A DNA stretch of 64,000 nt from Zootoca vivipara (taxonomy: Eukaryota). This document shows positions 12,796 through 25,569 of the stretch, in pieces. Location of the stretch: contig NC_083276.1 of the NCBI RefSeq assembly GCF_963506605.1, positions 99,014,001 to 99,078,000 of the forward strand, read 5' to 3'. Numbering within the stretch: the first letter of the stretch is position 1; each line of letters opens with the position of its first letter. The translations under genes were made by a program, and so were the position numbers. The notes under the pieces are model-generated. The model was not told the origin of the DNA, made no database searches, and saw only the letters and a program-made list of their open reading frames with translations.

Positions 12796-13149
12796 AGGTG
12801 AAGGTAAAGGGACCCCTGACCATTAGGTCCAGTCGTGACCGACTCTGGGGTTGCGGCATTCATCTCGCGTTATTGGTCGAGGGAGCCGGCGTACAGCTTC
12901 CGGGTCATGTGGCCAGCATGACAAAGCTGCTTCTGGTGAACCAGAGCAGCACACAAAACACCGTTTACCTTCCCGCTGTAGCGGTACCTATTTATCTACT
13001 TGCACTTTGAGGTGCTTTTGAACTGCTAGGTGGGCAGGAGCTGGGGCCGAGCAATGGGAGTTCACCCCATCATAGGGATTCAAACCACCGACCTTCTGAT
13101 TGGCAAGCCCTAGGCTCTGTGGTTTAACCCACAGTGCCACCTGTGTCCC
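12796..13149 (-). mobile_element. Sauria SINE
   Basis: tRNA-like head, (accttt)-type tail on minus strand; 15-bp TSD tgacagaagtcataa (12781-12795, 13150-13164). Confidence 0.93.
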
Positions 13150-13980
13150 TGACAGAAGTCATAATCCCAAATTAATCACCTAGTGGTATTACCGTAAGTA
13201 AACAAGTTCATTCACTAGGAAGGATCTAGTATCAGCCATATTGTGAGAGTGTGGGATACAGATTAGATCGTTCAGTTTGGCTGATCTAAACATGAAATAA
13301 GCACTTCATTTTGTAAGAGGCTGAAAGATTGCCATAGCCTACTGTCTGCAGCCCTCTCTAGCTCAAAAAGGTAATAAATAAACTCTCTCGAAAGAGAGTT
13401 AAACTTTAACTCTCTTATTTGTGTATGTTGCTTCTGAAATATATATAATGAGTAACTTAGGAACCAGAATCAGAATCTACAAAATGATGTTTTTCCCAAG
13501 CTATTTAATCTCATAGTCTTCATTGGAACCTTCACCACCTCTTCTGGATTGCTTAATGAGTCATACATAGAGAGAGAATAATCCTGACACTTTGGGGGGA
13601 AATGCATACATAAACCAGACAGCCGCCAACTGAATATAAATGCATTTGTGTTCATATAGTTTTGTTTGACTTTGCATCTCTTACCCTAATTCAGAACATT
13701 CACTGTCAGACATACAGTTCAGGAGCCCTGAAAGCAATCAGGAATGTATCATTTATTTATGGATCCCTTTTCACACACACCTTAACATTTAAACATTAAG
13801 GAAAGAAATGCCGTCTGAGTTTATTTTTGATGTTTCGCCCTGTGTAATTAAAAGGATGTTTGTGAACCTTTTTTTAAAATTAGAGTTATGCAAGCTTTTA
13901 AGGTTATCATTTGCTTCAGACAGAATCTCTGTGATGAGAAGGTTGTTTCAACCTGCTGTCTGACCAGATCTTGTTTTGAG

Positions 13981-14070
13981 TCTTCTTCTTCTTCTTCTTC
14001 TTCTTCTTCTTCTTCTTCTTCTTCTTCTTCTTCTTCTTCTTCTTCTTCTTCTTCTTCTTCTTCTTCTTCT
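13981..14070. repeat. (TCT)30 microsatellite
   Basis: Direct reading. Confidence 0.97.
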
Positions 14071-16024
14071 GTGAGAAAGCATATTTGTGGCATTCAAAAT
14101 TGTAGGCAAGTACTGGAATTCACGCCTGTCTTAGGGCAAAAAGTATAAATTATGCATCCTCAGTTTTTGCAACATCAACTAACACTGAATGAAGACACAC
14201 TTCGTTAAGTTATGACTTAATCATGCAGGGTAGGCCTTTGCGGGATCTGTGCCTCAGGCTCTGTTTCACCTCTGCAGTTCACCCAGAGAAAGAAGTACTA
14301 GCTATTTTATATAAAATCCCACAAACATAAACCAGAATAACTCTTCACTTTTTTGTTTCTATGTTAGCCACACTGCCTCCTATCAATCAAGCCTCCTACT
14401 TTTCTGAATCACGTAACCTGTGGCAAAGAGCCTCAAAGAATGGCCGCAGCTCCTTGCAAAGGCAAGCCTTGAAAATAAAAGATCAATAATAACCTGAAGC
14501 TTTACTTGCCAGCTGTGCAGGCAGGGGTGGGGAGGAGACTTGTTTTCTCCCCCTATTAGTCATCATGAAGGCAATTTCCCCCTTTTTGAGTGTGGACAAG
14601 AATGCAAACAATTAAAAAGAAGTTATAAACAAAGTTATTGCCTAACTAGCACTGGAATTCACAAATGCTTTCATTAAAAGGGGAAGAGGTAGACATTTAA
14701 GGCTATTGGGTGTGATATTATCAGCTGAAGGTAAGGTGCAAAATGAAATGAAATAAATCCAGGTCAACATGAATTAATTTAATACGATTAAAATGAAATT
14801 TAGATTTTAGAACTACCAGAGACCCACAGCCTGCTTATTTCATATTGGCTATCTGGCTAGGGCAGGTAAAGTGTGTGTGTGTGAGAGAGAGAGAAAGCGG
14901 GGGTGGGGGGAGAGAAATATGAGATTTCATCCTCTCATTCATTCCTGGCATCATTGCCCCCATGTTTCCATACCCTTCCCATCTCCTTGATTGTCTTTCT
15001 AGTCTCATTAGCAATGCACAGTTGTTCCCATCCCTGGACCCTGGCTAACCTCCCCACTTCCAATCTTCTTCTATTTACAGAACTTCCTGTGCTTAACTTG
15101 TTGGCTCTTCTAGCCCTTTCCCCCTTCCTCCACCTCTCAATTCACAAACCACGTGAGTGAGATGAACCCCAAGAGGTGTGGGTTGGTTTTCCACTTGGGG
15201 GAGGGGGAAGGAGTTCCCACTTGGAAATTCTTGACAAAGGAGGCTCAACTAGCCCTATCACTCTTGAGATTCTTCCAACAGGCTTTATTTTATTTTATTT
15301 TATTTTTTTAGACATCCTGTAGTGAGTCCAGTACAGATGTTCTGCCAATGCCAGCTGCCTGGAACTATTCCCACATTCCACTGAAGGAGTGTAAGGGTGG
15401 GAAATAGATGCACCAGGGGCATGTCTCTACCTCGTAAACACCAGAGAATGCCAAGGAAGGAAGACATAAGGAAGAAGGGGTCAACAGAGGAAGACAGCAT
15501 GGGAAGAAAAGGAGCAGAAAGAAATACCGGAGAAGAATGATTGTAACAATAGTTAGTAAGGAGGTGCAAGGAGAGAGATTTCTCTCCAATACAATTTTCC
15601 ATTTGACTGCTCTTCTCCTGCATCCTAACTGGTGCCAGATGTATTGCTTTCCTTTCCTTTGGAACACATCAGTGAGGCCAAAAGAGAGGGGTCTTGTCAT
15701 CTGGGCAGCCCTGGACCTCCAGTCTTGTGCCCCGGAGAGGTCACTTTGGAGCTGCAAACACAGATCCTCTTCGGTCTCACCTACGCTGACCTTTTATCTC
15801 CACTACATCTAGACTTTGGAAGGACATATTATTGTGACCTTGGTGATCGTTAGTAGTATGCTTGCCCTTTGACTGTGTGAGGACATGACTCTCTCGTTAG
15901 CTTCAGAATGTGGAACTAGAGAACGTCAGGTGGGGCTTTAGCCTGTGCTTCCCCACCTAGCTCTATCAAAAGAAGGACATTGCAACAAAGACAGGCAGGA
16001 AAGCAAGGAAGTCACACTTAGTGA

Positions 16025-16430
16025 GTTGGTGATTCACCACCCAGACATTGCGTCCAGTAAAGCTGAACTGTATCAGCCAGATGGAGTCCATCTTACAGAT
16101 GTTGGAAATAACATCTTCCTGTCTTACCTGAAGAAGAGCCTCCAAGAGGTGCTTCTCGATGGGGGAAATGACAGATTTTTGTCCCCTTTTGTGGCTGTTA
16201 AGGTAAGCGAAGGGGAATAGTTGTGTTTCAGCCTGATGAGTCCCTTTAGGCACATTTCTGGGTGATGGGCTGGCCCTGAGGCTTACTATTTGGGCTCTGA
16301 GGTAGGATAAGAGCCCCCTTGAGGCTAAACTGCTTCTTCGACCTGAAGCTATGGGGCCTTCGGGTAGGGTGTGTGGAGCAGCATAGGCCTTCCTATTCAC
16401 ATTTATGGTGTGGCCTGGCAATGGGAGGCA
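16025..16430 (+). mobile_element. Retroelement relic with SGNH-hydrolase C-terminal fragment (probably Ngaro/DIRS-type)
   Basis: IHHPDI..LYQPDGVHLTDVGNNIFL; DGVH = SGNH block V DxxH at 16080-16091; boundaries approximate. Confidence 0.55.
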
Positions 16431-17489
16431 GGTTGCGAAGCCATGCCTGCAGTAGCAGGGCTTTCAAATTTCAGCAGTGCCCTGTGTGACACCAAAATTC
16501 AGAGGACCCCCACCTCTCACTTTGTGTTCTAAGTCATTGTTTCAGATAGCCCTGTGGTGCCCTCTCAGCTCAGTGCCCAGTGCAGGTGAACTGGTAGCAT
16601 TCCCCTAAATCTGCCTCTGATGTCTATGTTTCCTGCATAAGAGGTTTTTTGGTTTCCCCTAGAGGCTGCAGTTTGTTCATGTTTGCTCCTGTACCAATGG
16701 CATTTTCCCTATGCAGGGGTATTTCGTGGGTTTTATTTTTAAATTAGTTATACCACTTTGTAACTAAACCAAGTTCAACTGCCTGTGCAACTTTTTAAAA
16801 TGCAATATGGAAAAGCACATGAACCAGACCTTTGAAGAATTTGTAAGTAAACAAAATTTTACGTTATCAGATGAGTGGTCTTTTCCTATAGTGGGGGAAG
16901 AGGGAAGTTTTTGAACTCACAGGGGCATACTTTAAAGGTCTAGCAGTCTATATTTCATCGTTTTACTTTGCTGCATATTTTGGGACTTTAAATCTCTGTG
17001 GTGGTTCTCTCACCAAAGAGTACTTGCCCCAAACTTGGATCTTGGCATCCAGGAATTCTCATTCCTCTCTATGTATCCTTTCTGTGCACCAACAATTGAG
17101 CCATCAGGTCACAACATATTATTGTGCCCTTGGCTTCTCCCTTCCGCATGATCAGCAGTAGTAAGCCTACTGTAAAACTGTGTGAAGACATGACCCTCTC
17201 AGTAGCTTCAGAATGTGAAACTAGAGAATGTATATCCCCACCCAGCTCTAGCCAAAGAGGAAAATGGCAACAAAAACAGGCAGGAAAGCAAGAAAGTGAC
17301 TTTATGTCAGAGCAGTCACATTGTCCTCCCATTGTGGGGAGAAGAAAAAGAAAACTACAGGAAACCAGCCCGAACAGCAAGGAAACCTCTTTTATATATA
17401 ATAGATACATACACATCTATTCTATTCTAGCTTCAAACAGAGCTTTGCGAATCTGTGGCACTTGGTGCATGTAGAAAGAGTTGATTGTG

Positions 17490-18050
17490 GAACAAAAATA
17501 AGATACAATATACATCTATTAGAATAAACAATATGACAAATGAGATATAATACAAGAAAAATGAATAAAATCACAGTAAAGAGCAAAATTTGTTACAGAT
17601 TGGAGCTAGAAACTGAAAACGTATTTGAAATATAAATGATTACTGGCTCCCAGGGTTGAAATGCCTTTTGGTATATTAGCTTTCAATTTCTGGAACACAG
17701 TTTTTAATCATTGCTAATTGTTTCCAAATCTTATTTAATGATTCTTTCTTCTTCCCTTTTAATGCCTCAAATTTGACTTCTAATGTTTAACAAAAGCAAT
17801 TTTAGCTATTCTCAATGAACATAACAGCAGTATATCAGGGATATTTATTTTAACTTCATTGAGATGAAAGATTATAGGTTCTAAGATAATTGAAATTGAA
17901 AATCTCTTTGATAATCTTATCTGCCATTTCCCAAAACTTCATTGTTCCCCCACATTCCCACTCCAAGTGTCTGCATTCCAGCATTTGAGTATGAAACCTA
18001 TTGATTGCAGACCAATGCAATATGTGGCACACCTGTTGGGAGAAGAAGGT
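17490..18050 (-). mobile_element. Degenerate L1/Tx1-type LINE 3' fragment
   Basis: Minus strand reads KCWN then, frameshifted, HLEWECGGTMKFWEMADKIIKEIF, the L1 ORF2 C-terminal cysteine-rich HxxWEC..FW signature. Confidence 0.6.
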
Positions 18051-18258
18051 ATAGCCACATGCCTAACGATCATGCTTGAGTTTAGTCCAAGGTGAGAATC
18101 CACATTGCCCACACAACAATTTGTATAGCATTGTGTGGAGAAACTGGATAGAGCAAGGTTTTTCTCCTTTTCAAAATACTTGAAACCAGGGCCATGCAAT
18201 AAAGCTGAATGTTTGAAGACTCTGGGCAGACAAAAGAATATATTTTTGCACAGTACAT

Positions 18259-18260
<2 letters not shown>

Positions 18261-18290
<30 letters not shown>

Positions 18291-18335
18291 TTGCATACCA
18301 CCCTTCATCTGAAGATCCTAGGGCCATTCACAACA
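18261..18335 (-). mobile_element. L2 3'-end stub with (AAT)n tail
   Basis: ataccacccttcatct..gatcctagggccattcacaaca is the reverse complement of the L2 end at ~37390-37440. Confidence 0.6.
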
Positions 18336-18379
18336 GAAAAAGACAGAATAAGAATACGAAATTATGGAGTTTGCTTCCA

Positions 18380-18645
18380 GATGAACTAGTGATGGACCTC
18401 AACTTTGACAGCTTTAAAAGGGGATTAAACAAATCCATAGAGGAAAAAATCACTGGCTGCTGGCCTTGATGGCTGTGTGCTACCTCTGGTATTGGAGGAG
18501 GTGTAGCTCTGAACAGCACTTGCTGAAGAGCCCATTAGGGAGACTTGCTTGTAGGCTTTCCTTAGGGATCTGGTTAGCCTCTAGGAGAACAGGTTGCTGT
18601 GCTAGATGGGCCTTTTGTCTGATCCAGCTGGGGTCTGCTTATAGT
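18380..18645 (+). mobile_element. Old CR1 3' fragment
   Basis: gtgatgg..ctttaaaaggggattaaacaaatccatagagg..gctagatgggccttttgtctgatccag; similar to 63864-64000. Confidence 0.6.
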
Positions 18646-18773
18646 TTTATCTGGTTCCATGGACGGCACTCAAAATGCACAAGGGTAACAGTTCTTTGGT
18701 CAAATGGAATTACTTGTATCATTTGGGGGGGGGGATTCCAGTATTAATAATACAATCGTCTTCTATGTCTGAC

Positions 18774-19396
18774 TGTCAGGATTGAAGAACCCCCAGTTCG
18801 GAATAGGCTGTTGTCTGTTGAAGATCTGCCAGCAGAGATGGAGGAAAAGAGGGAGGGAGACGTTGCAATGCAGGTGGCCGGAGAAACAAGCAGACAGACA
18901 GTGGGTGAAAGTTTTGCGATAGAGTGAGGGAACTAATGGGGAATGACAGCTTGCCAGAGGGAGGAAGGGAGCCTGTGAGCTTCAGAACCCACAGGAGGGG
19001 AGGGCTCCAAGCAAGAGAGCGGGAAAAGCAGTGTCATAAAAAAATGGGCGCGCTTCCGTTTCTGCTGGAGACGGATGAACAAAAGTGAAAGTTAAGTCAA
19101 GTCATTGTGACTATGGTGGAAGCTGCTAGAGAGAGAGCTCCCAAGTTTCGGTGTTTTGTTTGGCAATAAACCAACCTTTTAATTAACCGGACTTGTGTGT
19201 TATCAGCGGCCACTCACACTGACTTTCTCACTGCTCTCTTCAATAAGGGCACCGATGTGCTACGAGTCTTACCAAATAAGTTCCCCTCCTCCAGCAAAAT
19301 AATTGGAGCCGTGACTGCTGAGATAACGGAACAAAAAGGAAAGAAAACACACACCTACATTATTTACCATCTTGGTCCCCCACTCCTGCCCTGACA
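18774..19396 (+). mobile_element. Solo LTR (Gypsy-like)
   Basis: Termini tgtcagg..cctgaca, AATAAA at 19165, retained CpGs; no TSD. Confidence 0.65.
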
Positions 19397-19479
19397 CACC
19401 CCCACACCCTGGAAAGCTAGATTAGCTCTGAATAAGGAAAAGAAATTTCCCAAGAGCATCATTTGGCAGCAGATCACTG

Positions 19480-19610
19480 TTTGGTTGACCTGTGGCTCTT
19501 TAAATGTTGTTGAACTTCAACTCCTATCATTGCTCATCATTGGCTTTGTTGGGTGAGGCTAATGGGAACTGGAATCCCGTCACAACTACAGGACCCACAG
19601 GTTCCTCATG
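19480..19610. mobile_element. Degenerate hAT MITE (same group as 24466 and 60322)
   Basis: caactcctatcat..aatgggaactggaatcc inverted core. Confidence 0.45.
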
Positions 19611-20301
19611 GTGACAGAGCAACCCAAGGTACCCTGAATGTGTTGGTACTATAATTCTAGAATGGGAGCATGGAGACCAGGGGTAGAAATGGATACACTC
19701 CAGAAAAGAAATCTCAAAGATACAACTCTATAACCTCAGCACCCAACTCAGGTTGCTTGCATGCATTTGCATGTCCACACAAATGTATGTGCCAACACAA
19801 AATTATATGTCTAGGTGCCTTTGGCTCTGGGTGGTATTATTTTTCATTTGATAGGGCCAATAAACGTTTGGATAAGAAGCTGGCTGTAGATCACAAAGCA
19901 GATGAAATAGTGCACATATTGGCAAAAATGGGGAGGAGGGGAAGCGGTGCTGTTGCCAAGTTTCTAATTATTTTCAGCCACTGCTCCCTGTTCCTGCAAC
20001 TCTGTTCTTCATTTATCGGATTTCCTTCCGTGACCAGGTTTAGGATGTGAAATTGAAAAATATATTGGAAAAAGTGTAGTTGGGAGGGTGGAGGTGGATT
20101 TTCCTCCCCTATTAAAAAGAATATCAATGGGGGGCATGAATTACACCCCCCATGCTTATAACAAAGCAATAAAGTCTTCTTAGCATGCTTCCAGAGATTG
20201 CATCCTTCCAGGGCATATTGTAAGTGAAAGGTGCACTAATTATGCATGTACAACACCTGGAAGCCAGATGAGAACTTTGCCTACTGCTACTAATCCAAGC
20301 A

Positions 20302-20652
20302 GAGACACGGGTGGCGCTGTGGGTTAAACCACAGAGCCTAGGGCTTGCCGATCAGAAGGTCAGCAGTTCGAATCCCCGCGACAGGGTGAGCTCCCGTTGT
20401 TCTGTCCCAGCTCCTGCCCACCTAGCAGTTCGAAAGCACATCAAAGTGCAAGTAGATAAATAGGTACCACTCTGGCAGGAAGGTAAACGGTGTTTCCGTG
20501 CACTGCTCTGGTTCGCCAGAAGCGGCTTAGTCATGCTGGCCACATCACCCGGACAAATGCCGGCTCCATTGGCCTATAGAGCAAGATGAGCGCCACAACC
20601 CCAGAGTCATCTGCAGCTGGACCTAATGGTCAGGGGTACCTTTACCTTTACC
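20302..20652 (+). mobile_element. Sauria SINE with small internal deletion
   Basis: A-box gtggcgctgtgg, B-box gttcgaatcc, tail acctttacctttacc; TSD atccaagca. Confidence 0.93.
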
Positions 20653-20983
20653 ATTCCTGATCCAAGCATGAGAATCCTGCCTGGCACCTATTTAAACTCT
20701 CTTTTGCCTAACACTGCAAAGAACCGGGTAGCCCTCTTCAGACATTTGGCTCTCTACACATAAGGGTTTAAAGTATGTAGAAGGGCAGGAGGACACATGT
20801 AAAGTCCACCTCCAATGTGATGTGCAGGGGTTCCTTTGGAACCTTCACTCACTGAGCATGAAGGTCTGAAGGGAGCTTCTAAATGAGTTCAATTAAACAC
20901 ATGTCAAAGCCCCCTTCAGACTGTCACTGCAGAAATTGGGGTGGGGCTTGGATGTATGCCCCCTACCTTTCCACCCAACTTCA

Positions 20984-21319
20984 CATACCCTCCAACATTT
21001 CTTTGATGAAAATAGGGACGTTCCATTGCATAATGTCATATTTACTATTTATACCCCACACATCCTACTGGGTTGGCCCAGCCACTCTGGGCAGCTTCCA
21101 ACATATATTAAAACATTAAACTTTTTTTTAAAAAAAATGCTTCACTGTACAGGATTGCTTTTAAACAGCTCAGGCACTGGATAACTCCACACCCTCCAAC
21201 ATTTCTCCAATGAAAATAGGGGCGTCCTAAGGAAAACATTCCGGGATCAAATCAGACACCAGGATGGTTTCTCTAAATCCAGGACGTCCCTGGAAAATAG
21301 ACGACACTTCAAGGGTCTG
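20984..21319. mobile_element. Composite MITE with duplicated left end and embedded L2 3'-end sequence
   Basis: accctccaacatttct..atgaaaataggg occurs at ~20987 and ~21191; right end aagggtctg; interior resembles the L2 end at 26283-26400. Confidence 0.65.
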
Positions 21320-22299
21320 ATTTCCAATCTTCCATTTTCATGAGGTAACAACATAATTGCTTCTCCTAAAACCACACCACTATTCCTTGTTCCACTTTAA
21401 AAGGCCAGACAAATAATCTTCAGAACCCTTTTTTATTATTAAAGAAGAGACAAGACATTGCATACATTTATGTATATATGAAATGCATTTCTATTATATA
21501 AGTGTATTAATATTCTGTGGAACTCAAGGGGATAGACATTTCTCCAGGCACTCTCCAGGCACTGCCCTGTTTAATGGCAGCAACACCAGAGGCCTTTAAT
21601 GCATCAGGTGTATTGATACCATGCCATAGGGTCATAAATATTTACCTTCGTTTTCTCAGAGCTGATTACCTGGACAGCTTAACTCCCTTTCCTCCTTATA
21701 TTGTTACATCATATGCTATGAGATTTTGAGCACGTTGTGTTGTTTTCTTTGTTTCCTTTTTCCACTGACTATTAGGAGTCTTCTAAATCAAGATTTATTT
21801 ATTTTGAGGGGCAAGTGTTTATGAAATGGTTTTAAAAATACATGGGGCATTTGAAGTTATATGCCATTTACTTCAAGTTAACATCATTGATCTATCATAA
21901 AATCCACAGGATCTTAAATGAAAGCATTGGGGTTTTCTCATGCCAGATTTTACCCTAGAGATTTTAATAGTATCATAAAACAGAAGAGCTTTGATTTATG
22001 TACACACAGCCCATCAAAAGCACACAGCTGTGATTTTATAAGGACTTTTATTATTTTTCCTGACTGTGATCCACATACTCTATAAGTAATTGTATATTAA
22101 TAAGCCTCTAGGTGTTTTATATGTTTCCATTGCATTTATTGCTAAATAAGAAAGTGTGGATTCTGTTGGCATTTTCAGATACACAGGGTGCTTCTAGATG
22201 GGAGCCCTCTAGCACAAACCATTGATGGATCCCCCTTCCATGGACAATTGCAATCTGCCTTTCATACTGCAGCAGAGATTGTGGTCCTTTTCTCAGCTT

Positions 22300-22860
22300 G
22301 CATAACCCCTTTCCCTGGATCAACTGCTATCGTTGAGGCAGAGGCTGCTTGGGTGGTGCAGGGTGCCTTTCACCAGCTTAGGCTGGTGGCCTATCTGGAT
22401 AGGGAATAAATCTGGCTACAATATTCTATGCTCAAGGTTGGATTATTGTAATGTGCTTTATGTGAGGCTGCCCTTGAAGATAGTTCAGAATGTTAGCTGC
22501 CGGACTCTTGAGAACAGATCACATAACACCAGTTCTATTCCAACTATACTGGTTACCTGAATTCCAAGCCCAAGTCCAAGTGCTGGCTTTGACCTTTAAA
22601 ACTCTTTACAGCTCAGGACCCCAATATCTTCTAGAATGCCTCTCCCAATATGAACCTACTTGGGCCCTGACATTTTTATCAAAGGTGCTTCTCCAGGTCC
22701 CTCCCCCCCCCCCCCCGAGGAAAACTCAGAGGATGGTGGCAAGGGAAAAGACCTTTTCGATTGTGGCTCCCCATCTGTGAAATGCACTCTCCAGTGAGGT
22801 CTGCCTGGTGCTTTCATTGAGATAAAGACTAATATTTTTCCCCTCAGCCTTTTGATAGAC
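22300..22860 (+). mobile_element. L2 LINE fragment, frameshifted
   Basis: SRLDYCNVLY, DHITPVLFQLYWLP, LALTFKTLYSSGPQYL, FSIVAPHL. Confidence 0.85.
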
Positions 22861-24465
22861 TGAGATAAGGGTGTTTGTTATTACTGTGCTGCCAGAGCTT
22901 CCTGTGGATTTTTGGGGAGGAGGGGGGTTGTTGCTGTTGCTTATTTTGTTTTATGGTATGCTATAATTATTCATGTTCTAACAGTGCCATAGGTCATTTG
23001 GATAACTTTGGTTAACAAGTGACTAACCAGTCTAATAAATGATAATAATGGTGATCCTGTCCACATCAGAACATGATCAGATATAGCCAGGCTTCAACTT
23101 GATTGTCCCTGTTTTCTTTCCCCAGCTTCAAAGTTCATTTTTTCCTGAGCATGTGGGGGTACAACAGTGTGTGTGTGTGTGTGCACGTGTGTGTGTGTGT
23201 GTGCCTGCATGCACACTTTTATTTTAATTAGCAGAACTGTACTCTATTGAAATTCTTAAATGGCGCTATATGCCTTCCCCAGTGCTATTCCTTGCACATT
23301 ACAAAGCCTAGTGCAATTATCCTGCTGTGTAGACTGAACAGTGGAATCTTGCATTCAAACCCATCCACTGATACTGGACATCTATAGGACAGTGGCTGAG
23401 AGGATGAGAGTGGACCTGTGATTTCTTGGCACCTGTTTCAATGGTAGCCCATGGGTATGAAGGGCGGGACATGCCAAGGGCACACAAAAACCTGGTGCTG
23501 ATTCTGCCTGGGGACACAAGGGGAGACATTATTATTGCATATAAGCAAGCACATAGCCCACCTCCATCTTTTCCATAAGGTGACTGTGGGTTTCACTGAC
23601 ATGCAAAACATACTAGAATTCATAGCAGCCTATTTCTAATAGAAGGGAGCACCAATGCATACTCTCCCCCAAGTCATGCACAATGCAGCCAAGTCCCAAT
23701 CTAGAAGGGGAATCTCTGTGCACAATCTTGTTTCCATCTGCAGAGTACTCTTGCTAATGTACTTTTAGAAACAATTATTGTCAAACCTACGGGGGAAACA
23801 GCAGCTAGGTTTAAGAATCCACTTATCTGCCCCAGGGAAGCTCAAGGAAATGAATAAAAACATCCACAAGGATTTACTATCGCCACAATAGTAGAGGTAA
23901 TTGGGCTGGCTTTAGGACAGGATAACTAGTTTAAAATAAAGCTTTATATGATGAAAATCCTAGGTCTTTTTTAAGGACCTATTTTTGATGTTAACTCTAA
24001 TCTTTGGACATGTTCCATAAATTCATGCAGTTCAGTTGTGTTCACGTAGCTGTTACTGTATTTGAATCTAACCCATTTCCTCTCTGTTTGTATGAACGAC
24101 CTAACCTACTATGGAAGCTGAGGCTGGTGTGAATGGAGGTGGGCATTAGGAGTTCTTAGGCCTGTAGGATGAAAAGGGATGCAAAAATGCGTAAGAGAGG
24201 GCTTTGATTTTCCTATGCTAAATTGACAAAATTAATGCATTTGATAAAATGCAAGGAAGCAAGCATGCTTCAAGATGTGACAACTTAACTTTTTGTCCCA
24301 TACTCAAGGCTATGTCAAAGGGGTTTTTTTGGTGTGGGTGTGGGTGTGTTTGTCATTTTGTAATGGTCCAAAGGGACTGGAGGAGAAAGGACCAAAAAGC
24401 GGAAAACATTGATGGATTCAGAGCTGGAGTACAAAATCAGTTCTTGGTTTATGGAGCCTTTGCAT

Positions 24466-24601
24466 CAGCCTTCTTCAACCTGATGCCCTCAAGATATTTT
24501 GGACTACAACTTCTATCAGCCCCATTCAGCAAAGCCAATGTTCAGTGATGATGGGAGTTGTAGTCCCAAACATCTTGAGGGCATCAGGTTGTGAAAGGCT
24601 G
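24466..24601. mobile_element. hAT MITE (palindromic)
   Basis: TIRs cagccttcttcaacctgatgccctcaagat / atcttgagggcatcaggttgtgaaaggctg; 8-bp TSD ctttgcat. Confidence 0.88.
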
Positions 24602-25569
24602 CTTTGCATGATTCTAACATTAGAGAGAACTTGCTACTGCACAGCAGAAAAGAGACTGGCTGGAGATAAGACCTTCCACCCATAGTTCATAAGGTGTTAA
24701 AACACAAATATTTCAGAAATAGGAGACACCAGCCAATTCTATATATACCTAGATTTTCTGCTGGGCTCCCTGGATACCAATTGTGTGAGTTGCTATTGAC
24801 TCAAAAATAGGGCCATTTCATAACATATGAATAAGCTCTAAGAGCAGCCAATAGAGGATGCTTCTGTGTCAAATTACACATGACAGGACTGTTGTGGTGT
24901 GATTTATCCACCCCTACCTGTCATCCCAAACTTGAGGCACACTCATGAGCAGATGTGAGGTTTTAACATGCTCTAAACTCCTTTCTTTTCTCCAAGAATA
25001 CTCTCATAACTCTTCCATTTAGTACCTGTGCCCCCAAGCCAAACTGTATTCTACCTTTGGCTTGGGGGGGGCAGCAGATGGTATCTGTGTCACCATCTGA
25101 ACAAGCTGAAAATTACAGAGGGTTTTTATGGACAAAACCAATCTGATCAAAGCCTTTCTCAGCTTGCCCATCCATTCTGATTACAGGATTTCCTGCGGTC
25201 CTGTTTGAAAGCTCTGTTGCACCAATGAAGAGTAATAGGCTGTGGCCTCTCGGTGCCTCTGGGAGCTTTACATTGATTAGGAGGTCTGTAATTCTACTTG
25301 TGTGGTCTCCATGAGTCAGAATGCTTAAGTACATAGGGACACTGTGGTCACAGAAGAATGGGAAGAGTATCCAAAACAGCTTCTTTCAGTGCATGGTGTT
25401 GCATTTGTTAAAAGCACTAAAATGGTAGAACAAAATACACTTCTGTGTTTGTCTAGAGTCAACTCTGCGCATTTTGTCGTTTGTATGTCTAGAATCCATG
25501 GAACTCTTTTGATGCATCTCTGGCCTAGTTATGGGAAACAAAAATATTATTGAGATGCACGAAAAATAG

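Noticed and set aside
13848-14148. Poly-E/poly-S ORFs (also poly-ER at 3327, poly-G at 37415)
   Set aside because: Microsatellite translations
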